Shown here piece after piece: positions 1 through 8,653 of a stretch of DNA of 28,386 nt (within the stretch, counting starts at the first letter, position 1; each line of letters opens with the position of its first letter). The position numbers and the translations under genes are program-made. Source of the stretch: Myxococcota bacterium (GTDB taxonomy: Bacteria > Myxococcota_A > UBA796 > CAJQPC01); the NCBI GenBank assembly GCA_036012755.1, contig DASCPX010000222.1, forward strand, positions 1-28,386, written 5' to 3'. The notes beneath the pieces are model-generated. The model ran no database searches. It was not told the DNA's origin and saw nothing but the letters and a program-made list of their open reading frames with translations.

Positions 1-341
1 GAGAGGTAGACGGGCATCCCGGCGCCGACACCCACGCGTCGGTGGAGCGCGTAGGTGGCGCCGAGGTTGGCGACGGTGAGACCCCCGACGAGCTCGGTCT
101 GGGTGATCGGGCCGCCCCCCGCCGGTTGCTCGTTGAGCACCAGGCCCCCGTCGGCGTACTCGAAGACGAGCCCACCGCTGAAGGTGCCCGCCGGCGCCGA
201 CCAGGGCTGCCAGATCACCACCGGGCTGGTCAGCTCCGCCTGGCCCGGGGAGTAGGTGATGCCGTGGCCGTCGAAGGCGAGCGCGGCCGGCGAGAACAGT
301 ACGGCCCCGAAGAGCAGCGCCAGCGCCGGTGTCCGCTTCAT
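1..341 (-). CDS. Outer-membrane beta-barrel protein, TraB/OmpA-family-like, N-terminal part (runs off the left edge)
   Basis: Manually translated from ATG at 341 (not in ORF track): MKRTPALALLFGAVLFSPAALA|FDGHG...GTFSGGLVFEYADGGLVL...ELVGGLTVANLGATYALHRRVGVGAGMPVYL. It has a Sec signal peptide, amphipathic beta-strands resembling myxobacterial TraB-like N-termini, and high GC3. Confidence 0.65.
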   Translation of the reverse strand, partial: MKRTPALALLFGAVLFSPAALAFDGHGITYSPGQAELTSPVVIWQPWSAPAGTFSGGLVFEYADGGLVLNEQPAGGGPITQTELVGGLTVANLGATYALHRRVGVGAGMPVYL

Positions 342-370
342 TCCTACCCGCTTCAAGGCTTCGCGGAATG

Positions 371-2064
371 CTACCCGAAACGACGACGGCTGGCCGCTGC
401 GAAGCCTCCCAGGGAGATCAGCAACAGGCCGGCCGCGCCGGCTGGGCTGGAACATCCGCCGGTCATCCAGGTCGTCGTCACGCCCTCGTCGGTCTCGGGC
501 GTCGAGGTGTCCGGCGCTTCGGAGTCCGTCACCGAGTCCGTCGGCTCGTCGGTGTCCACGGGCTCGTCGGTGTCCACGGGCTCGTCGGTGTCGCCGGTGT
601 CACCTGGGCGGTCGGGGAACACGAAGAGGTCCCCCGCGTCGTGACCGCCGAAGGCGCCCAGGTCCGCGGTGGACCCGTCCCAGTCGGTGCCGGTGCCGGC
701 GTCGATCGCCGGGCTGGTGTCCCCCAGGTAGGGCAGGGTGTCGCAGTTGGTCGGATCGAAGAGCTCGGCGAACTCGGGGTCGACGTCGCGCTGGGCGTTG
801 GTCTCGTAGACGTAGGCGGGATCGAAGGTCTCTCGCGGCTCCATGTAGTAGGAGCTGATGTCGTTGAAGAGGTTGTGTGAGCCCTCGGTCGAGCCCGACA
901 CGGTGCTGTAGTTCACGACGTAGCGCGCGCCGTCGAAGATGTTGTTCTCCAGCGTCGTCCCGGCCAGATTGGTGCCCAGGAAGATGCCGTAGATGGTCGG
1001 ATTCTCTACGAAGGTCGTGTTGACCAGCTCGAGATTCGCGTTCGCCACCACGACGGCAGGGGACTTCGAGCCCCCACTGGTGCCCTGTACGACGACGTTC
1101 TGCAGCGAGATCTCCGCCACGTCGTTGTGGGCGATGTGCAGCAGGGCGGCGTCGTACCACTCATCGCTCGCGTTGGTGGCCCCGCAGAGCTGAGAGCGCG
1201 TCACCTCGATGTCGGTGCAGTCGTTCACGTACATCAGGCCGCCCGAGGTCGTGGCCGTGGGTCGGTGCACGATCACGTCGTCGAGCTTCAGCGCGGGCAC
1301 GTCGTTGGTGTAGAGGAAGCCGCCGCTGTCGGCCTTGCCGTCGAGGGCAGTGACGTACTGCAGCTGCAGATCGTGGCCGTCTACGTAGAGATCGCCGCCC
1401 CAGGTCTCAGCCACGTTGTCGTTGAAGTCGCTGCTGGTGATCGAGACCGGGGCTCCCCCGCCTTCGATGAAGGAGAGCGCCCCCCTTCCTTTGCCGAGAT
1501 GTTGTCTTCGAAGGTCGACCAGCTGATCTCCACGCTCGAGGCCTGCCTCGTCCAGATGGCGCCTCCGCCTGACCAGTTGTCGTTTCCGGTGAAGGTGCAG
1601 CCCTCCACGACCAGCGAGGAGTATGCGAGCTGGATCGCCCCATCCCCGGAGTTCGCCGTGAAGGTGGAGTCTCGGATCTCGACCTCCAGCGAGCCCGCGT
1701 TCTGGGCCTCGAAGGCCGCTCGCTCGTGGTTCTGCTCGAGGTGGACGTCTTCGAGCAGGGCGCTCCTCGCGTCGCCGTTGGCGAGGACCAGCACGGGCCA
1801 GACATTGAAGTCGGAGTCCGAGATGCGCACCGAGCGAAGGGTCAGCCCGGCGTCGAAGGCGTGGATGGGCGGGAGGTTCGCGATGCCCCCGTCCCCCTCG
1901 ATGGTGAGGTCCTTCTCGAAGTACTCGACCCAGGCGCTCGACGGAACGAAGTCCGTCGCGACGAGGATCGTGTCGCCGTCCACCGCCGTGTCGACGGCCT
2001 CCTGGAGATCGGCGTCCTTGGGGACCATGATGGTCGCTGCCAGGGCGCTCGCGAACCAGATCAC
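371..2064 (-). pseudogene. Right-handed beta-helix (Pmp-like repeat) surface protein with MYXO-CTERM-like tail; frameshifted at about 1480-1485 (about 564 aa if repaired)
   Basis: GTG at 2064 overlaps the upstream TGA (GTGA). The N-half is in ORF 1381..2142 (MIWFASALA|ATIMVP...DNISAKEGG) and the C-half in ORF 371..2575 (ALSFIEGG...SPAIDAG...DLGAFGG...GGCSSPAGAAGLLLISLGGFAAASRRRFG). One extra G in the G6 run joins them as ...ISAKEGGALSFIE..., restoring an FxxN-GGA repeat. Confidence 0.8.
543..592. repeat. 18-bp tandem repeat (about 2.8 copies) encoding a DTDEPV linker
   Basis: ggctcgtcggtgtccacg at 543 and 561, partial copy at 579. Confidence 0.9.
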
Positions 2065-5000
2065 CGCCGCCGCCGCACCAACAGCAGCCCGGCGAGGAGG
2101 AGCCCGAGGCCAGCGACAGGGGCCGGGTCCGTGGAGGTGCACCCGCAGCGGGTCTTCTCTCCGTCGTCGAGCGAGCCGTCCAGTCCGCTGTCGTCGCCCG
2201 GCCCATCACCAGTGTCGTCCTCTGGGATGCCGGTGTCGTTCTCGACCGGCGTGCAGTCCTCGTTCCAGCCCTCGGCTCCCGGGTAGATCTCTGCGTCCTC
2301 GTCGTCGCAGTCGTCCTCGAGCGCGTAGCCGTCACCGTCCTGGTCGTAGTCGTCGGCGCCATCGCAGTTGCTGTCGATGCCGTCGTACCAGCTGTCCTCT
2401 GCGCCCGGGTGGATGTCGGAGTTCGCGTCGTCGCAGTCGTCCTCGTCGCGCCTGTAGCCGTCACCGTCCCGGTCGAAGTCGTCGACCTCGTCGCAGTTGC
2501 TGTCGATGCCGTCGTCTGGATCGTCCTCTGCTCCGGGGTGGATGTCCGGGTTGGCGTCGTCGCAGTCGTCCCCACCGTAGCTTGCGCTGTCGTGCCCGTC
2601 GCCGTCCGCGTCGAGGTCGGAGAGCCCGTCGCAGTCCTGGTCGACGCCGTCGTAGTAGACCTCCTCCGCGCCGGGGTTCACCGCGGCGACGGTGTCGTCG
2701 CAGTCCTCGTCCAGCGGGTAGCCGTCGGCGTCCTGGTCGTAGTCGTCCGCCTCGTCACAGTCCTGGTCGATGCCGTCGTACCAGGTCTCCACCGCGCCGC
2801 TGTGGATGGACATGTCCGTGTCGTCGCAGTCGCCGCCGCCGTGGTCTTGGTGGTCGTCGCCGTCGCCGTCCTGGTCGTAGTCGGAGAGCCCGTCGCAGTC
2901 TTGGTCGACGCCGTCGTACCAGGTCTCCGTCGCCGAGGTGTTCACGGCGTCGTCAGTGTCGTCGCAGTCGGCGCCGCCGTGGGCGTCGCTGTCCTCGCCG
3001 TCGCCGTCCTGGTCGTAGTCGGAGAGCCCGTCGCAGTCGGAGTCCGTGCCGTCGTACCAGGTCTCGGTGGCCCCGGGGTTCACGGCGCTGTCGTTGTCGT
3101 CGCAGTCGGTGGCGAGGTCGTAGCCGTCGCCGTCGATGTCGTCGTCCGGCGTGCTCGCGTCGCAGTCGTCGTCGATGCCGTTGTAGACCGTCTCGCTCGC
3201 GCCGGGGTTCACGGTGCTGTCGTCGTCGTCGCAGTCGACGTTCGAGTAGTAGCCGTCCGAGTCCGAGTCCGAGATCGAGGTCCCCGGGCCTCCGTAGGCG
3301 CCGATGTCCGAGGTCGAGCCGTCCGGGTCGGTGATGGTCGGGTCCCCCGCGTCGATGAGCGGAGAGGACGACGCCGGCACGAGGTCGTCGTTGGTGCAGT
3401 CGCCGTCCTCTGTGTAGTCCTCCAGGTCCGGATCGTCGGTGATGTTGCCGTTGCCGGACAGATCGCTGGCCGAGACGCTCCCGCCCGCGTCGCCGCCGTC
3501 GTTGTCGTACCAGTCGTTGTAGGTCCAGGTGCTGTAGCTCGCCGTGGGTCCGTTGCCGTAGAAGCCCTCGCCCGTGACCGAGTAGGCCACGACGTTGTTG
3601 GTGAAGGTCCAGTAGCTGGACACGGCGTTGACGCCGGCGCCCGCGGCGCTGTCGTTGCCCACCAGCGTGTTGTTCTCGAAGTTCCTGTAGTAGTCGACGT
3701 AGCCGTAGAGGCCGCCCCCGGCGGTCGTGGCGATGTTCTCCTGGAAGACGTTGTTGGTCCACTCGTCCGAGCCGTCGTAGTAGCCGGAGTAGTAGGTGTA
3801 GGCGCCGCCCCCGTAGTTGCTGTCGTTGTCGCAGAAGACGCTGTTGGTGACGGAGGTCGAGTCGTTCATGTAGGCGTAGAGCCCGCCCCCGTAGCGCCCG
3901 CCGCTGTTTCCGCTGAGCGTCACCTCGTCCAGCGAGAGGTCGTTGGCGTAGTAGGCATAGACGCCCGCGCCGTCGTAGAGCGCCGTGCCGTCGCTGGCGG
4001 TGGTGTCGGCGATGGTGAGGTCGTAGTAGCGGGCCGTGCCGCCGTGGAAGTAGAGGTTGCCGCCGGAGCCATTGGTGGCCGTGTTGCCGTCCATGGTGGT
4101 TCCGTCCACCGTCGCGCTTCCGTAGTCTCTGTGGTAGATGGCGCCGCCGCTGTAGTAGGCCGTGTTGTCGGTGAAGGTGGAGTCGTCGACGTCCAGCACG
4201 GTGCCGTAGTAGCTGTAGACCGCGCCGCCGTAGCCGTAGGTCGCGCTGGAGTCCTCGAAGGTCGTGTCCGAGATGGCGAGGGTGTCGTAGAGCTGCTGCG
4301 CGTAGATGGCGCCGCCGCTGCCGTAGGAGCTCGTCGAGTCGAAGCTCGATCCGTCGATGCTGACGGCGCCGTAGTAGTAGAAGTACATCGAGCCGCCGTA
4401 CCGATTGGTCGCGGCGCTGTCGATGAAGTCGCTGTCGGTGATGGTGATGTCGAAGTCGTTTTCGGCGTAGAGGTCCCCGCCGCTGTAGTAGGCGGTGTTC
4501 CCGTCGAAGGTGGAGTCGTCCAACTTGAGGTCGCAGTACGTGCCGACGTAGCCGACGCCGCCGTAGTAGCTGCTGTTGTCGGTGAAGGTGCTGTCGCTGA
4601 TCGAGAGATCGCTGTCGGAGGCCATGTAGAAGGCCCCGCCGTGGTAGCCGTAGTTGTCCTCGAAGTCGGCGTCGCTGATGTCGGTGGCGGTGTAGCTGCC
4701 CAGGTAGAGCGCCCCGCCGTTGTAGGAGTAGTAGCCGGGGGTGTTGCCATCGAAGGTGCCGCCGTCGATTGACAGCGTCGCGTAGTCGTAGGCGTAGATC
4801 GCCGCGCCGTTGGTGTAGTAGCCGGTGTTGTCGTCGAAGTCGGTGTCGGTGAAGTCCGCGAGCACGGACTCGCCGAGGTAGACCGCTCCCCCGTAGTAGA
4901 CGGCGTAGTTGTCGCTGAAGTTGCCGTCGGCCATCTCGAGGTTGCCGTCCTCTACGAAGATCGCGCCCCCGTAGTAGGCGTAGTTGTCGTCGAAGGTGGT

Positions 5001-5513
5001 GTCGTCGATCTCCAGGTCGGAGCTCTCGTCGACATAGACGGCGCCGCCGTAGTAGCCGGTGCAGTCGTCGAAGCTCGACTCCTTGATGTAGGGGTTCCCG
5101 CCGCCCTCGACGACGAGGCAACCCCCGTTGACCGAGGTGCTGCCGAGGCCGTCGAAGGCGATGTCGACGAGCTTGGGTTCGGCGGCATCGACGAAGACAC
5201 CCTGGTAGGTGGAGTTCTCGATGGTGAAGCCGTCGAGCACCGAGCTGCGGGTCTCGCCGTTTTCGAAGGTCACGGCGTAGGTCGTGCTGCCGCTGCCGTC
5301 GATGGTCGTGTCCGAGGAGTCCCCGGTGGACCTGATGGTGAGGTCCTTTCCGGAGAAGTCGATGGCCTCGTTGTAGGTCGCGGGATCGACTCGGATGACG
5401 TCGCCGGTCGTGGCTGCGTCGATGGCGTCCTGGATCGAGGTGTAGTCCCCGCTCCCGTAGCGGTCGACGGTGTAGGTGGCGGCGAGGGAGGGGAAGACGA
5501 CGGCGAGGAGCAT
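2061..5513 (-). CDS. Large surface protein: beta-helix (GGAIY/FxxN repeats) + MopE-type metal-binding repeats + MYXO-CTERM
   Basis: 1150 aa with short signal MLLAVVFPSLA, 'DYTSIQDAIDAA..GD' pectin-lyase-like start, many N-x-A-YYGGA repeats, 'SPLIDAGDP...DIGAYGG', DCDD..xNPGAxExxYDGxDxDCD repeats, and C-terminal CGC...GLGLLLAGLLLVRRRR. Confidence 0.9.
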   Translation of the reverse strand: MLLAVVFPSLAATYTVDRYGSGDYTSIQDAIDAATTGDVIRVDPATYNEAIDFSGKDLTIRSTGDSSDTTIDGSGSTTYAVTFENGETRSSVLDGFTIENSTYQGVFVDAAEPKLVDIAFDGLGSTSVNGGCLVVEGGGNPYIKESSFDDCTGYYGGAVYVDESSDLEIDDTTFDDNYAYYGGAIFVEDGNLEMADGNFSDNYAVYYGGAVYLGESVLADFTDTDFDDNTGYYTNGAAIYAYDYATLSIDGGTFDGNTPGYYSYNGGALYLGSYTATDISDADFEDNYGYHGGAFYMASDSDLSISDSTFTDNSSYYGGVGYVGTYCDLKLDDSTFDGNTAYYSGGDLYAENDFDITITDSDFIDSAATNRYGGSMYFYYYGAVSIDGSSFDSTSSYGSGGAIYAQQLYDTLAISDTTFEDSSATYGYGGAVYSYYGTVLDVDDSTFTDNTAYYSGGAIYHRDYGSATVDGTTMDGNTATNGSGGNLYFHGGTARYYDLTIADTTASDGTALYDGAGVYAYYANDLSLDEVTLSGNSGGRYGGGLYAYMNDSTSVTNSVFCDNDSNYGGGAYTYYSGYYDGSDEWTNNVFQENIATTAGGGLYGYVDYYRNFENNTLVGNDSAAGAGVNAVSSYWTFTNNVVAYSVTGEGFYGNGPTASYSTWTYNDWYDNDGGDAGGSVSASDLSGNGNITDDPDLEDYTEDGDCTNDDLVPASSSPLIDAGDPTITDPDGSTSDIGAYGGPGTSISDSDSDGYYSNVDCDDDDSTVNPGASETVYNGIDDDCDASTPDDDIDGDGYDLATDCDDNDSAVNPGATETWYDGTDSDCDGLSDYDQDGDGEDSDAHGGADCDDTDDAVNTSATETWYDGVDQDCDGLSDYDQDGDGDDHQDHGGGDCDDTDMSIHSGAVETWYDGIDQDCDEADDYDQDADGYPLDEDCDDTVAAVNPGAEEVYYDGVDQDCDGLSDLDADGDGHDSASYGGDDCDDANPDIHPGAEDDPDDGIDSNCDEVDDFDRDGDGYRRDEDDCDDANSDIHPGAEDSWYDGIDSNCDGADDYDQDGDGYALEDDCDDEDAEIYPGAEGWNEDCTPVENDTGIPEDDTGDGPGDDSGLDGSLDDGEKTRCGCTSTDPAPVAGLGLLLAGLLLVRRRR
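2250..3270 (-). repeat. Seven full plus one partial MopE-type (putative metal-binding) Cys/Asp protein repeats
   Basis: Repeated DxDxDG...DCDD...PGAxE.WYDGxDxxCD units in the translation; boundaries approximate. Confidence 0.85.
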
Positions 5514-5572
5514 GGCGGGGCCCGGGAGGTTGGTCGGCCAGCATACTCCTCAGCCTTCTGGTCGCAGGCTCC

Positions 5573-6409
5573 TCACAACCAGGCTTCCCCCGTGGTGAAG
5601 CGGCTCCGCTCGTCCTTGTGGATGCGCGCGGCGGCGGTTCGCGGGTCGTGCGTGAAGAACAAGGACCCGCCTCGCTCGACGAGGTCACCCAGGAGCTTCG
5701 TCTTCTCGTCGACGAGGATCTCGGGGAAGCGGTCGTAGCCCATCGTGATGGGAGCGTGGACCCAGGGCACCCCGGGCACGAGGTCGGCGGCGAAGACCAG
5801 GGGTCCCTCGGGGGTGTCGAGTTCGGTGAGCATCAGCCCGACGGTGTGGCCCTCCGAGAAGTGGAGGCGGTAGCCCTCGCCGAGCACCTCGCTGTGGCTG
5901 TCCACGAGCTCCATGCGGCCGCAGTCGGCCAGCAGCGTGTTGAGCCGGGGCACGAAGCTCGCCCTGTCGCGGGCATGAGGCGAGCACGCCCTCGCCCACT
6001 GGCGTCGACCGACGACGATTCGCGCCCTGGGGAACAACAGTTCTGGCTCGCTGTCTGGAGACCAGGAGGACAACAGCCCCCCAGCGTGATCGAAGTGCAG
6101 GTGCGAGAGGACGACTACGTCGATGTCCCGGTGGGAGAGTCCGAGCTCGGCGAGGCCCCCCAGAAGCACGTGCTCCTGCTCCTGGATGCCGAAGCGATCG
6201 GCCAGCTTCGGCTCGAAGAAGGCCCCGACACCGGCCTCGAGCAGGACCTTCCGGGGCCCCTCGTCGATGAGCAGCGTCCGGCAGGCGAGATCGATGCGGT
6301 TGCGCTCGTCGGCGGGCATCCAGCGCGTCCACAGGGCCTTCGGCGCGTTGCCGAACATGGCGCCACCGTCCAGCTTCTGCGAGTTGCCGAGGATCGGGTG
6401 CAGCGTCAC
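5573..6409 (-). CDS. Metallo-beta-lactamase-fold hydrolase (YtnP-like)
   Basis: [22 protein letters not shown] (HxHxDH), GHT, ADL and MGYD motifs. Start placed at GTG 6409, overlapping the upstream TGA. Confidence 0.9.
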   Translation of the reverse strand: MTLHPILGNSQKLDGGAMFGNAPKALWTRWMPADERNRIDLACRTLLIDEGPRKVLLEAGVGAFFEPKLADRFGIQEQEHVLLGGLAELGLSHRDIDVVVLSHLHFDHAGGLLSSWSPDSEPELLFPRARIVVGRRQWARACSPHARDRASFVPRLNTLLADCGRMELVDSHSEVLGEGYRLHFSEGHTVGLMLTELDTPEGPLVFAADLVPGVPWVHAPITMGYDRFPEILVDEKTKLLGDLVERGGSLFFTHDPRTAAARIHKDERSRFTTGEAWL

Positions 6410-6912
6410 TGGACGAGCTCGTAGCCGTCCCGCATGCGGACACGTACGACCTCTCCCTCGTATCCACCCTCGTCGTACCAGGGGGGAGCGACCCAGTCCC
6501 CTCCGACCTGCAGGAAGCCCTTTCCGGCGACCTCGGGAAGGTTCTCCTGGGCGGCGAGGAAGGCGAGCAGGTCGTCGTGGGGACCGCCGGTCGCCTCTGT
6601 GCCGACGTGCAGCCCCTGGCGCTGGATCCACGCATCGAGCGGCGCGCGGCAGCCGGTGCAGGTCACGTACGCGCGATCGGCGAGGAGGTTGCTGACCTCC
6701 ACCTCCACGCCGACGTGCTCGAGCACGAGCAAGGGGGCGCCGTGCTTGTCCACCAGCGTCGTCGGTACGAGCCGCGTCCGAGCGGTGAAGGGGGCCTCCG
6801 GCAGCGGGAGGGCCCGCACTCCGCTCGCTCCTGCCCAGTCGTCCCCTGGCAGGTCAGAGGTCTGGACGGTCCCGGGGACCTCTGGGGCACAGGCGACGAG
6901 GGTCCACCACAT
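6406..6912 (-). CDS. Hypothetical lipoprotein with an SH3b-like segment and CxxC
   Basis: MWWTLVA-C lipobox-like start at ATG 6912; VEVEV...[18 protein letters not shown] resembles bacterial SH3 strands; coupled to the downstream gene. Confidence 0.7.
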   Translation of the reverse strand: MWWTLVACAPEVPGTVQTSDLPGDDWAGASGVRALPLPEAPFTARTRLVPTTLVDKHGAPLLVLEHVGVEVEVSNLLADRAYVTCTGCRAPLDAWIQRQGLHVGTEATGGPHDDLLAFLAAQENLPEVAGKGFLQVGGDWVAPPWYDEGGYEGEVVRVRMRDGYELVQ

Positions 6913-6934
6913 TGAGCCAAGGTAGCATCGCGCT
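6913..6934. promoter_or_regulatory. Putative bidirectional leaderless promoter
   Basis: Plus strand: TAGCAT (6923-6928) is 6 nt before GTG 6935. Minus strand: TGcTACCTT (hexamer 6924-6919) is 6 nt before ATG 6912. There is no room for an SD on either side. Confidence 0.6.
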
Positions 6935-7702
6935 GTGCTGAGCCCCGGAGCCCGGATCGGCGTCGTCGCGCCCTCGGGACGCTTCGACAAGGCGCGCCTC
7001 GAGGCGGGGATCGCGGTGCTGCGCGGCTTTGGCTACGAGCCGGTCTTCGGCAGGCACCTGCACTGCGCGCACCGCTACCTCGCTGGTACGGACGCCCAGC
7101 GCCTCGCCGACCTCCAGTGGGGGCTCTGCAGCCCGGAGCTGGATGCCGTGTGGGCGGCTCGAGGTGGCTACGGCATCACGCGCCTGTTGGACCGGCTCGA
7201 CTGGTCGGCGGTGCGCAACCCCGCCATCGGCTTCTCCGACGTGACGGCGCTCCTGGTCGCCTCCTGGCAGAGGCGCGGGATCTCGGGGGTCCACGGACCC
7301 GTGCTCCACAACCTGGCAGAGGTCTCCGAGGGCAGCCGCGAGAGGCTCGCCGAGGTCCTGGCTGGCGGGCGCGCGGAGCGTCTCGTGGGCGGCAACCTCT
7401 GCGTGCTCGCGGACCTGTGCGGCACAGGCGATCAGCTCGACGCCAGCGGGCAGGTCCTCGTCCTGGAGGATCTCGCCGAGCCGGTCTACAAGCTCGATCG
7501 CATGCTCACGCGGCTACGGCGCGCCGGGGTCTTCGAGGGAGTCGTCGAGGTCCGCCTGGGGCAGTTCCTCCGCTGTCCGGCTCCGGACGGGGTGGTGGTC
7601 GCGGAGGTCATCCGCGAGGGCATCCCGAGCGCGATCCCGGTGCTCGAGGATCAGCCCATCGGCCACGGCGAGGACAACCATGCCTTCCGCTACGGTCGCT
7701 GA
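6935..7702 (+). CDS. ldcA: LD-carboxypeptidase, peptidase S66 family
   Basis: IGVVAPSG, YLAGTDAQR, ARGGYG, GFSDVT (catalytic Ser), GGNL, LEDxxE (Glu), IGHG (His). Confidence 0.92.
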   Translation: MLSPGARIGVVAPSGRFDKARLEAGIAVLRGFGYEPVFGRHLHCAHRYLAGTDAQRLADLQWGLCSPELDAVWAARGGYGITRLLDRLDWSAVRNPAIGFSDVTALLVASWQRRGISGVHGPVLHNLAEVSEGSRERLAEVLAGGRAERLVGGNLCVLADLCGTGDQLDASGQVLVLEDLAEPVYKLDRMLTRLRRAGVFEGVVEVRLGQFLRCPAPDGVVVAEVIREGIPSAIPVLEDQPIGHGEDNHAFRYGR

Positions 7703-8642
7703 GCTCCTCGCCACGGCGGCCTCGGAGGGGGTCGCCACCGATCTCGATCTGGTGGTGCTCCAGGGCGACGCGGTCGTGCTGGAGCATCGAGTGGGCGGGG
7801 CGTCCGCGTGGGATCTCGCCTCGCTCACCAAGGTGCTCGTCGGGGCACCGCTGAGTTGCGCGGCGATCGACGCTGGCGAGCTCTGCTTCGGCAGTCGCGT
7901 GTGTGATGTCCTCCCCGGCATCGACCCCCGCGTCAGCGTCGCGCAGCTGTTGAGCCACTCCTCTGGGCTGCCGGCGTGGCTCCCGCTCTACGAGACGGCC
8001 TCGTCCCGCGCCGAGGTCCTGAGCCAGGCTCGCACGACACCGCTGGAGGCGGTCCCGGGCGAGCGCCACCGGTACTCGGACATCGGCTTCCTGGTGCTCT
8101 GCGCCCTGCTCGAAGAGCTCGGCGGAGCTCGCGTGGACACCCTGGTGGGGCCCTTGGAGGGGCTGTCCTGGGGGCACGTCGCCGCCGCGCCCACTGAGCG
8201 CTGCCCGGTCCGTGGATGTGTGGTCAGGGGCGAGGTCCACGATCTGAACTGCGCGGCGATGGAGGGGGTGTCGACCCACGCCGGGCTCTTCGGAGACGCC
8301 CTCGCCGTTGCGCGCCTTGGCCGCGGTCAGCTGCTCCGGTCGCGAGAGGACAGCGCCATCGCCTGGGCCTGGAGACATCGGGGCGCCGGCTCCCACGTCC
8401 TCGGCTGGGACGGGCGCAGCGAGCCGAGCTCCAGCGGGGCCTTCTTCCCGCCGGACGCCGTCGGACACCTCGGCTTCACGGGCACATCGCTGTGGATCGC
8501 GCCCTCCCAGGACGTGGTCGTGGTGCTGCTGACCAACCGCGTCCACCCCTCGGTAGAGGACCTCCGGATCCGGTCCCTCCGGCCAGCGGTGCACGACGCG
8601 GTCGTGTCGGACTTGCGGTCCAGGGGGCTCTGGGTGGGTTAA
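7680..8642 (+). CDS. Serine hydrolase, beta-lactamase/AmpC-like family
   Basis: DLASLTK (SxxK), LLSHSSGL, YSDIGF, GEVHD.N, HAGLF, GHLGFTGTS, LLTNRVHP. Confidence 0.92.
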   Translation: MPSATVAELLATAASEGVATDLDLVVLQGDAVVLEHRVGGASAWDLASLTKVLVGAPLSCAAIDAGELCFGSRVCDVLPGIDPRVSVAQLLSHSSGLPAWLPLYETASSRAEVLSQARTTPLEAVPGERHRYSDIGFLVLCALLEELGGARVDTLVGPLEGLSWGHVAAAPTERCPVRGCVVRGEVHDLNCAAMEGVSTHAGLFGDALAVARLGRGQLLRSREDSAIAWAWRHRGAGSHVLGWDGRSEPSSSGAFFPPDAVGHLGFTGTSLWIAPSQDVVVVLLTNRVHPSVEDLRIRSLRPAVHDAVVSDLRSRGLWVG

Positions 8643-8653
8643 TCTGGCTGGCT

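Noticed and set aside
1486..2575. N-terminal part of the 734-aa ORF 371..2575
   Set aside because: It is a Thr/Arg-rich off-frame read of the real genes; only the part after the frameshift is protein-like.
2250..3270. Repeated DNA words resembling a CRISPR array
   Set aside because: The repeats are degenerate at third codon positions and encode MopE-type protein repeats; there is no constant repeat/spacer structure and no cas genes.
1127..5688. Long ORFs 1127..3334 (+), 2409..4772 (+), 2953..5688 (-) and 3920..4750 (-)
   Set aside because: Antisense or alternate-frame shadows of the high-GC3 surface-protein genes, with low-complexity R/V/T content and no motifs.
5573..8642. Calling the MBL-fold and serine hydrolase genes antibiotic-resistance beta-lactamases
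   Set aside because: Neither has a signal peptide, and the motifs fit YtnP-like and generic serine hydrolase subfamilies.
8216..8653. 146-aa N-terminal extension of AccD in the ORF track
   Set aside because: It overlaps the serine hydrolase; AccD similarity starts at ATG 8654.
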